This document shows, one piece after another, positions 7,794 through 14,952 of a stretch of DNA of 24,193 bases. A program made the translations under genes and the position numbers. The notes beneath the pieces were generated by a model, which did no database searches, was not told where the DNA came from, and saw only the letters and a list, made by a program, of their open reading frames with translations. The stretch covers positions 1-24,193 of IMG/VR virus record IMGVR_UViG_3300033076_001517. One strand, 5' to 3'. The stretch comes from a virus. Its lineage: Duplodnaviria; Caudoviricetes. How positions within the stretch are numbered: position 1 is the first letter of the stretch; each line of letters begins with the position of its first letter.

Positions 7794-8369
7794 TCAGGAC
7801 GGACGTAGAGCCTTCGCGCGGGCGATGGCCGGGCCTTGCGCCGAGAGGTGTGCGGCGGCCATCATGTGCGCGCCGCGCGACTGGAGATCCTCGTACCGCG
7901 CGAGGGCCGCGGCGTCGGGATTGACCGGCGCTGCGGGCACGGGCTGCTGCGCCGGGACGGCAGTGGACGCGCCGACCGGGAGCACCGACGTGGTGCCTCC
8001 GAGGCCGTGCGCGCGCATGGCCGCGAGGGTGTCAAGCTGCCGCGCCGGGCTGTCCCCAGCGATAGCGCGGACTGCGTTGCGGAGCGCCTCGGGAGCCTCC
8101 GCGAGCACGCTCGCCGCGTGGCGTCCGAGCACCGCCGACGACTCGGCGGCGGACGCTTCGAGCGCCGCATACCGAGGATCGACAGGTGCCGTCTGGAGCT
8201 TCGGCGAAGCGTACGGGTTGAGCACCCGCGGCGCGGCGACGACGGGCGCGACGGGAGGCACCACGGGCGCGACGACGACGGGCGGCGTAGCAGCGGCCAC
8301 AGGCACCGCAACGGCGGGCGTGGCGATATCGGTGGTCGGTGCGAGAGGCGTAATCGTCGGGTCGCTCAT
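7794..8369 (-). CDS. Putative scaffolding protein, 191 aa
   Basis: AGGAG RBS. Pro/Ala-rich disordered N-terminus plus helical segments. Directly upstream of the capsid gene. Confidence 0.7.
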   Translation of the reverse strand: MSDPTITPLAPTTDIATPAVAVPVAAATPPVVVAPVVPPVAPVVAAPRVLNPYASPKLQTAPVDPRYAALEASAAESSAVLGRHAASVLAEAPEALRNAVRAIAGDSPARQLDTLAAMRAHGLGGTTSVLPVGASTAVPAQQPVPAAPVNPDAAALARYEDLQSRGAHMMAAAHLSAQGPAIARAKALRPS

Positions 8370-8382
8370 GATGCTCCTGGTG

Positions 8383-8682
8383 TCAGCCTACCGGCATGGC
8401 CGGAGGCGGTGTAGACGGGCGCTCTTCGGCGGCCTCCTCGGCCTCCTCGACGAGCAAGTTGGCCTTGAGAATATCGGCAGCCTTGAGCACGCCGCTATCG
8501 GTGCTGCCGTCGGTGGACACCACCTCGAAGGTGACGTCGCCGCTCTTGTCGAAGGTGAACGTGCTCGACTTGAGCGCGCTTACGTCCACGCCCGCGAGCG
8601 ACGCCAGGACGACCACGGTTTCGTGGACGTTCGCGACGCGTAGCGCCTCGGCGCTGATGGCCTGCTCCGGGTTCACGCTCAC
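8383..8682 (-). CDS. Hypothetical acidic protein, 99 aa
   Basis: GTG coupled to the upstream stop (GTGA), strong GC3 bias. Confidence 0.65.
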   Translation of the reverse strand: MSVNPEQAISAEALRVANVHETVVVLASLAGVDVSALKSSTFTFDKSGDVTFEVVSTDGSTDSGVLKAADILKANLLVEEAEEAAEERPSTPPPAMPVG

Positions 8683-9113
8683 GCCTCGGTGTACGCGCAG
8701 GTGACGGCGTACGGGCGGACGATCGTCACGGTGGCCGACGACGCGATGGTGCTGTCGGTGGAGCCGGTGAGGTAGCCGTCCGACTTCGGCGTGATGGTGA
8801 TGGTGCTCGACGAGATCGCGGCGGTGATGAAGCCCGCGTGCGTCACCTCGGTGAAGGGCGCGGCGAGGAGCTGCGTCGTGAGCGCCTGCGAGATGCTCGC
8901 GGTGCGGACGGTGACCGTCTTGCCGTTGCGGACCTTGTTCTGGATCGCCGTCGCGAGGTTGGTGGAGAGCACGTCAGTGCCGCCCGTGACGACGACGCCG
9001 CCGTTGTCGAAGTAGACGGTGGCGCGCTTGAGGTTGCCGATTGCGGCGGCGCGAGCGTCGTCGTCGCCACGCTCGATCTGAACATTCTGGACTACTGCGG
9101 TGACGGTGGCCAT
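8679..9113 (-). CDS. Thr/Val-rich putative virion structural protein, 144 aa
   Basis: ATG 9113 (MATVTAVVQNVQIERG...), beta-rich composition, located in the head module. Confidence 0.65.
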   Translation of the reverse strand: MATVTAVVQNVQIERGDDDARAAAIGNLKRATVYFDNGGVVVTGGTDVLSTNLATAIQNKVRNGKTVTVRTASISQALTTQLLAAPFTEVTHAGFITAAISSSTITITPKSDGYLTGSTDSTIASSATVTIVRPYAVTCAYTEA

Positions 9114-9119
9114 TCGAGA

Positions 9120-9143
9120 TTCTCGTGCCGCACGCGGCGGCGA
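9120..9143 (-). promoter_or_regulatory. Repeated near-palindromic leader motif, copy 2 (TCGCCGCCGCGTGCGGCACGAGAA)
   Basis: Matches 3130-3152. Confidence 0.45.
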
Positions 9144-9150
9144 TAGGGAC

Positions 9151-9438
9151 TTACTTCTTCTTCGCCGACACGGGTGCGGGAGGCGGCGGTTGCACCACCT
9201 GCGGGCCGTACCACAGCACAAGTCGCGCCCCGGCGCTAGTCCCTGCGACCTCGCTCGAAATCACGGTGTGCCCGTCGAGTACCCGCAGCGCTTCGAGGTC
9301 CGCGGACACCCGTGCCGCGTAGCTCTCGCCGGATAGATACGCGAGCACCACCGCGGAGTCAGAGACACTGACGACAGGGACGTCGTCGGGAGCGCGAGCG
9401 GTGAGCAGCGCGTGGAGATCGAGGGAGTGTGGGATCAC
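9151..9438 (-). CDS. Hypothetical protein, 95 aa
   Basis: GTG 9438 overlaps the upstream TGA. Ends PPPPAPVSAKKK. Confidence 0.6.
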   Translation of the reverse strand: MIPHSLDLHALLTARAPDDVPVVSVSDSAVVLAYLSGESYAARVSADLEALRVLDGHTVISSEVAGTSAGARLVLWYGPQVVQPPPPAPVSAKKK

Positions 9439-9986
9439 TTGAGTTTGACCTTTCCGAAATCTTGGACGCGTGCCGCGAGTGCACCCGTCCGGACGCCGAT
9501 GGGATTGCGGCCGTAGCCGTCGCGCTTCTTCGACTTCGCATATGCGGGAGTGAGCGCGGTAAGCCGCTCGTCGCGGACCTTGTGCGCGAAGCGGCGCACG
9601 ATCCACCCGAGCGCCGACTCCGCGAGCGACGCCTTGAGCGTCTTCATGGTCGGCACTTTGACGGCATTCTCGAAAGCGATTGTCACCTCCGCGACCATGT
9701 GCTTGCGCATGGTGGGAGTAGTCGCCGCGAAGTCGCGCCCCTGCGCTTTGAGGATGCCGATGAGCTTGTCATACGTCATGCCCGAGTAGTGGATACCCGG
9801 CACCTGGAGCGCGATCTCGACACCCTTCGTGGTGTCCCGGATCGTGCGGGTGATCTCGCCGCGCTGCGCACTCCGCTCGCGCTCCGTCGTGCCCGTGCGC
9901 TGCGGTTGTGTCGCGCCGCGCACTTGCTCCGGACGCGCGAGCCGCGTCGGCGCACCGATCCGGCCGGAGTCGTTGAAGACGGCCAT
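9435..9986 (-). CDS. Virion morphogenesis-like protein (second paralogue), 183 aa
   Basis: Coupled to the portal stop (TGATG). C-terminal LTPAYAKSKKRDG...IGVRTGAL motif. Confidence 0.7.
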   Translation of the reverse strand: MAVFNDSGRIGAPTRLARPEQVRGATQPQRTGTTERERSAQRGEITRTIRDTTKGVEIALQVPGIHYSGMTYDKLIGILKAQGRDFAATTPTMRKHMVAEVTIAFENAVKVPTMKTLKASLAESALGWIVRRFAHKVRDERLTALTPAYAKSKKRDGYGRNPIGVRTGALAARVQDFGKVKLK

Positions 9987-11878
9987 CAGCCGGCGTCACC
10001 AGTCGATGCGAAGAAGCTCCGCCCGACCTCGCCCATGATCGCCTCGGCCTCCGCGGCCGGGAGCCGGAACGCGGCCTGGAGCAGCGCCACTCCCGACGCA
10101 CGCGGTAGCTGCCCGTTCGAGACGGCAGTCACCGTTTCGAGGAGCGACGACACCTGCGCGCCGTTCAATGCCGTCGAGGCCACGTCAATCTGCGGCGCGG
10201 CGTCCACCGCGGCGGGCTCGTCCCGCAGTGCGCCGAGCGTCGCCGTCACGGCCGCGTGCGTGTCGGCGCTGTCGGTGTCGATCGCGTCGAGTTCGTCGGC
10301 TAGGACCGCGGCACCAGTCAGCGGCGCTAGCATCTCCACCGCGCGGCGGCGCGAGAGCACGCGGCCATCGACGCCCTTCGTGGCGGCGTCCACCGCGGCA
10401 CTGATCTCGGACCACGACGGCTCGAAGTACTCGCCCCAGGTGAGCGCGACCGGCGGTGCGTTCCACGTCGGGACACCCGCGGCGTCGGTGGCCCAGCACC
10501 GGGCAAGCGCCGGGAGCGCCGCCTCCCACGACGGGAGCCGCACGCCGTCGCGAGCGGCCGCGCCACCCGCGCACAGTCGGAGCAACTGGTCAACGATCTC
10601 CGCGAGCGCCGCGCCGTACTCGACGCGCAGGTTGTCCGCCGTGTCAAGCTGCGGCCCGTAGAGCAGCGCGAGGGCGCGCGCGCTAACGTCGCCCGAGCCC
10701 ATGGCCGCAGGGTCCACCATGACCACGCCGAGCGCGTCAGTGGTCACTCTCATAAGTCTGTCAAGCGCCTGAGTGATGATGTTCGCGCCCGCGCCCGTGG
10801 ACTCCAACATCTTGGCGTCGGAGCCAACCGCGAGATCCCAGATCTTACCCGGTGCCTTCTGGACCACGGCCTTCGGCGCGCCGCCGAGCCACCCTGGGAG
10901 CACACTATTTAGATATGAGAAACCGCCGTGGGACTCGCGGCCCTGCGCGCCCATGGGCATAGCAGGACGGTCGGCGTCAACGCCCGTGCGCACTAACTGC
11001 GGGTCGCCGTTGTACAACGCGTTTCGATAGAGTTGCGACAGCTCCATGTCGATCGCGTCAAGCTCATCTTCGAGGCCCTCGGCGAGCGCGTGCCCGTCGA
11101 TCGAGGAGCCCTCCTCGACGGCCTCGCACATGGAGCGCGTCCACACTACCGGGACGAATGCAATAGGCACCTCGCTCGCGACCGGCACCGCGCTCCAGTC
11201 GAAGCCCTCGTCCGCGAGTCGCTTCGCCGGTATCGTCTGGTAAGCGCGGTCGTACCCGCCACCGATCTCGCGGCGATAGACACAGAGCACGCCTTGTGCG
11301 TCGGGACACTTGTACTGGATCACCAGACGCGTGATGCAGCCCGAGGCGTCACGCGTCGGCGTGCACCACTTGGCCGGGAGGATCTGCACGCACGGCTTGC
11401 CGTACGCGAGCGACTGCACGCACACCGCGGAGCCCGTCTTCAAGCCCTCGATCAGGTACGCGCGGAACCTCACCGGGAGGCGAGCGGCTGCGACGGCCTC
11501 GGACGCGAGCGCCTGGAGCGCGGCGTGCGCCGTCTCGTCGAGCGCCACACGATAGCCGCCCGGCTGCACGCGCACCGCCGGGAAGCTCCGCTCGCCCGCC
11601 ACCATATGCGCGAGTCGCATGCCCGCGCTCCGTGCGAGCGACGCCTGGACGGCGGGCGCGCGGTCGCGGAGAGGAACCGAGGTGTCCCAGAACGACGGCC
11701 GCGGATCGAGGCGGTGACGCTGCCCATTCCAAATCGCCTCCAGTCGATTCAGAGTCCAATAGCGCTCGGACTCGCCGAGCGCCGCAGCCTCGCGGGACGT
11801 AGTGGCAGCGGCGACGGTCGAGGCATTCGTCAGCATGAGGTTGACGGTCAGCGTCGCATATGGGCCGCTCAGTCGCAA
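9986..11878 (-). CDS. Portal protein (start 11878 TTG or 11836 ATG)
   Basis: Follows TerL. VPVVW, LEDELDAID..LSQ, SARALALLYGP segments resemble SPP1 gp6-type portals. Has a C-terminal LNGAQVSSL...GQLP extension. Confidence 0.85.
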   Translation of the reverse strand: MRLSGPYATLTVNLMLTNASTVAAATTSREAAALGESERYWTLNRLEAIWNGQRHRLDPRPSFWDTSVPLRDRAPAVQASLARSAGMRLAHMVAGERSFPAVRVQPGGYRVALDETAHAALQALASEAVAAARLPVRFRAYLIEGLKTGSAVCVQSLAYGKPCVQILPAKWCTPTRDASGCITRLVIQYKCPDAQGVLCVYRREIGGGYDRAYQTIPAKRLADEGFDWSAVPVASEVPIAFVPVVWTRSMCEAVEEGSSIDGHALAEGLEDELDAIDMELSQLYRNALYNGDPQLVRTGVDADRPAMPMGAQGRESHGGFSYLNSVLPGWLGGAPKAVVQKAPGKIWDLAVGSDAKMLESTGAGANIITQALDRLMRVTTDALGVVMVDPAAMGSGDVSARALALLYGPQLDTADNLRVEYGAALAEIVDQLLRLCAGGAAARDGVRLPSWEAALPALARCWATDAAGVPTWNAPPVALTWGEYFEPSWSEISAAVDAATKGVDGRVLSRRRAVEMLAPLTGAAVLADELDAIDTDSADTHAAVTATLGALRDEPAAVDAAPQIDVASTALNGAQVSSLLETVTAVSNGQLPRASGVALLQAAFRLPAAEAEAIMGEVGRSFFASTGDAG

Positions 11879-11881
11879 CCG

Positions 11882-14266
11882 CTAGAAGTCGTGGTCACTC
11901 TCACGCAGCGGCGCGCGCTCGCGCTGCGGCTCGACGACGAGATCCGTCAGCGCCCACACCAGCGCGTCGAGGCGATCGGGTGAGCCGCGCGACGACGACG
12001 GTTCCCACGAGGTGAGCTGGTCCTCCAGCCGCGAGAGCACACCGACGTGCACCACGCGGCCTTGCTCGTACAGCGCGGCGACGGGCTCGGCGCGCACCGC
12101 CTTGCCGCGGCTCGCGTGCACCGTGCGGACGGGCGCGGCAGCGTCGACCATGCGTAACACCGACGCGACCATGTCGCCTCCGTTGTTGACTTCGGCGACG
12201 ATCCGGTCCGCGCGGTGCGTGCGGTACGCGGCGACGGCGACGTGCGCCCACTCCGTCGGCGCGTAGCGCCCGCTTACGTCCGCGAGCACATAGACGCGCC
12301 CGTCGAAAGCAAGCCCGGCGACGACGATCCCTGTCTCGTCGCTGCCTTCATGCGACGTCACCGCCGGGTCGATTGCCACCACCACGCGCTGTAGCGGCGG
12401 CGCGACGGCGGCGCGGCTGCGGTCGATCATGGCCCACGTCCAGAGCGCGCCGGGAGCGTCGGTGAGTATCTCGCCGTCGAGCTCTTGACGTCCAAGGCGA
12501 GTCGCGCCGTAGCGCGCGGTGAGCGCGGCGACGACACCGGGCGCGAGGTTGCGGGCGTTGTCCGCGGTGCGCCCGCGGGTGATCCGCGTCGTCGGCGACG
12601 AGGCGAGCGCGCGCACGATCGGCGTCGGGCGCGGTGTCGTCGTCACCACCACGCGCGGATCGGAGCCGAGGCGCAAGCCCATCTGAAGCTGATCCCACGC
12701 GTCGGGATATCTCCAGGCCGCTAGCTCGTCGCACCACGCCGCGTCGTGCTGCGGGCCGCGCAGCTGGTCGGGCTCCTCGGCGCTGTACGTCGTCGCGATC
12801 GCGCCCGACGGCCATGTCAAGCGGCGCTTCGACGGCTCCCACACCGGGCGCTCGTGCGCCGGGCAGCACGCGAGGATCCCTGACTCGCCCTCGATCAGCA
12901 CGTCCCTAACGTCCGCTGCGGTCCTCGCCACCAGGGCGACGCGACGCGCGGCACCCGAGGCGATGACGGCGCGTACCCACTCGGCGCCTGTGCGCGAGTT
13001 GTGCGTCGGGATCATCGACTGGCCTGCGAGGAACAGGTGCGACGGAGCATCGACTGTGATGCAGCGCACCGGCACTGACGGGACCGGTGTCACAGACGCA
13101 ATGAACCGTTGCGCCGTCCTGCCCATCTGCGCGCGATCATTGCGAACGCGCTCCGCCTTGCGCTGGAATCGGAACACCTGACGCCGCGGAGTCCAAGAGA
13201 TCCGCCAGCGCCGTCCTACTTCGCGGCCGTCAATCTTCGCCGCGCTCTCGCTGATGGTTGCCTTGAACCCGAGCGAGACGACGACCTCGAAGGCATCGAA
13301 CGCGAGTGGCTTGTGCGTCAGAGTCAACTCAGCGTTGCCGTTACGCTCGATGTGTCCGTCGGTATCCATGAGCCCTTGCAGAAGAGCCATGCGCTGCTCG
13401 GCGGACGCGCGCTTGTAGGCCATCGGGATGTGCTTGTTCGAGAGCACGCCAAGCGCCCGAAGCGCGCTGTGGATGCTGCCGTTGCCAGACATTCTCCCGC
13501 GCTCATCGCGTGCGTAGGGGCGCGTTCCAATCGTCCATCGACAGGCTGCCGACTTGGGATCTTTCTTGGCGACGCCGCAGTGCGTCCCGTCCGCCATCAG
13601 CAGTGCCCTAAGCTCATCCGCGTCGCTCATGCCCTGGGTGATCGTGGCGGACTTTGAATCGCCGTCTCCGAGCCAGACGCCGAACGTGTACGGTTCGACC
13701 GGGAGCGCAGCCGCGGAGAGTGCCAATGGTGCTGTGACGGTCACCGCGTGGTTGCGCTCCTTGCCGCAAAAGAGCGTTGCGGCAATCTCACGCGTCGTAC
13801 GCACTATCGGCCTTGCCGCACCGCCACGAGCTTTCGCGCGTCGCGCGGACCTGTCTGATGTCAGCCACCGATGATCCGCGTCCGCGATGATCGTCGAGCC
13901 GTCGTCGAAGCGAACGGCGAAGCACTCGCGCTCGTGCTGAACCTCCGTCGCAAACGTTACGCGCGTAGGTGTCCCGTTCTCGTCGAACACCTCATCGCCG
14001 ACGCGGAGTGCTCCCATCGTCGACCATCCCGTCGGCGTAGGAATTGGCGTGTCGAGCGCGAGCGCTTTCCCCCACCCCCTACCGGCGAGGATCAACCACG
14101 TCCGCCACTCACCGACGGGCGGCAGTTGATCCGGCCGCGCCCAGAACGGCCACGCCGTGAGCAGCGCCGTCGCCGCTGCTGGCGTCAACGACGACAGCAC
14201 CGACTCCCGCTCCTGCGGCGTCAGACAGGCGAGCGATTCGGCGGCGGATCTCGTCGACAACAGCAA
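11882..14266 (-). CDS. terL: Terminase large subunit, intein-containing (794 aa precursor, ~438 aa spliced)
   Basis: Walker A AGRGWGK|S, LRGPQ...AWCDE Walker B, VTTTP coupling motif, nuclease IDPA...DETG...EVNNGG...SPDRLDALVWA. The true start may be TTG 14260 (GGAGG at 6 nt). Confidence 0.96.
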   Translation of the reverse strand: MLLSTRSAAESLACLTPQERESVLSSLTPAAATALLTAWPFWARPDQLPPVGEWRTWLILAGRGWGKALALDTPIPTPTGWSTMGALRVGDEVFDENGTPTRVTFATEVQHERECFAVRFDDGSTIIADADHRWLTSDRSARRAKARGGAARPIVRTTREIAATLFCGKERNHAVTVTAPLALSAAALPVEPYTFGVWLGDGDSKSATITQGMSDADELRALLMADGTHCGVAKKDPKSAACRWTIGTRPYARDERGRMSGNGSIHSALRALGVLSNKHIPMAYKRASAEQRMALLQGLMDTDGHIERNGNAELTLTHKPLAFDAFEVVVSLGFKATISESAAKIDGREVGRRWRISWTPRRQVFRFQRKAERVRNDRAQMGRTAQRFIASVTPVPSVPVRCITVDAPSHLFLAGQSMIPTHNSRTGAEWVRAVIASGAARRVALVARTAADVRDVLIEGESGILACCPAHERPVWEPSKRRLTWPSGAIATTYSAEEPDQLRGPQHDAAWCDELAAWRYPDAWDQLQMGLRLGSDPRVVVTTTPRPTPIVRALASSPTTRITRGRTADNARNLAPGVVAALTARYGATRLGRQELDGEILTDAPGALWTWAMIDRSRAAVAPPLQRVVVAIDPAVTSHEGSDETGIVVAGLAFDGRVYVLADVSGRYAPTEWAHVAVAAYRTHRADRIVAEVNNGGDMVASVLRMVDAAAPVRTVHASRGKAVRAEPVAALYEQGRVVHVGVLSRLEDQLTSWEPSSSRGSPDRLDALVWALTDLVVEPQRERAPLRESDHDF
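12998..14065 (-). mobile_element. Class 3 intein with LAGLIDADG homing endonuclease, 356 aa
   Basis: Starts ALALDTPIPTPTGW (Ala1). Block B ADADHRW, block F VRCITVD, block G IPTHN/S give the W-C-T triplet. Endonuclease motifs GVWLGDG and LQGLMDTDG. Confidence 0.93.
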
Positions 14267-14660
14267 CCTCCGTGACCTCGTGCCGCTCGACGTGGTCGCC
14301 CTTCGCGCGGTGCTCTGCGATCTCGGCCTCCCACTTCGCGCGCCGCGCGTCGGCCTTGCGACGGCGATCCGTGACGCGGTGGTCGATCGCCCACGCGGAG
14401 GCGCGCCAGTCGCTCTCGCCCGCGGCGGTGACCGTCGCCATCAGCGCGGCGGTCGCCTTCGCGTACTCCGCGTGCGCGTCGGTGACGAGCGCCTCGATCT
14501 CGGGCGACGGCGGCTCACCGGCACGACACGCGGCGACCCACCGATACCAGACGCCGCGGCCGAGTCCGACGGTGCCGACGGCCGTGTCGAACGTGGAGCC
14601 GCCGCGGAGCGCGTCGAGCATGCCGCGGAAGCGCGGATGGTAATCGACGCGGGCGACCAT
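14109..14660 (-). CDS. terS: Terminase small subunit, 183 aa
   Basis: GGAG before the ATG. N-terminal HTH (VGLGRGVWYRW), DWRASAW motif. Overlaps the terL start. Confidence 0.8.
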   Translation of the reverse strand: MVARVDYHPRFRGMLDALRGGSTFDTAVGTVGLGRGVWYRWVAACRAGEPPSPEIEALVTDAHAEYAKATAALMATVTAAGESDWRASAWAIDHRVTDRRRKADARRAKWEAEIAEHRAKGDHVERHEVTEVAVVDEIRRRIARLSDAAGAGVGAVVVDASSGDGAAHGVAVLGAAGSTAARR

Positions 14661-14691
14661 CAGGACTCCGCGCGCGGCGACTTCCGATCGC

Positions 14692-14928
14692 TCACCGCGC
14701 ATCCTCTGGCCACCGCACGCCCCAGCGTCGGCGCTCGTGCCGCGTCACGGCGGCGAGCTCGGGCATCGACGTGACGGCGATCACCACGCCACCGACGGCG
14801 ATCCGGTACTCCCGTCCCGCGTCGGTGTGCGCGTAGCCCGCGAAGGCGTCCTGCGCCGCGTCGCGGATCTCGCCCCATGCGGCGACCTGCTCGTAGTCCC
14901 TGTCCTGGCGCGGCGTCACGAGCACCAC
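14692..14928 (-). CDS. Hypothetical protein, 78 aa
   Basis: The only protein-like frame between the primase and terS. Confidence 0.55.
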   Translation of the reverse strand: MVLVTPRQDRDYEQVAAWGEIRDAAQDAFAGYAHTDAGREYRIAVGGVVIAVTSMPELAAVTRHERRRWGVRWPEDAR

Positions 14929-14952
14929 CCTGAGCGCACTCGATGCCCGGCG

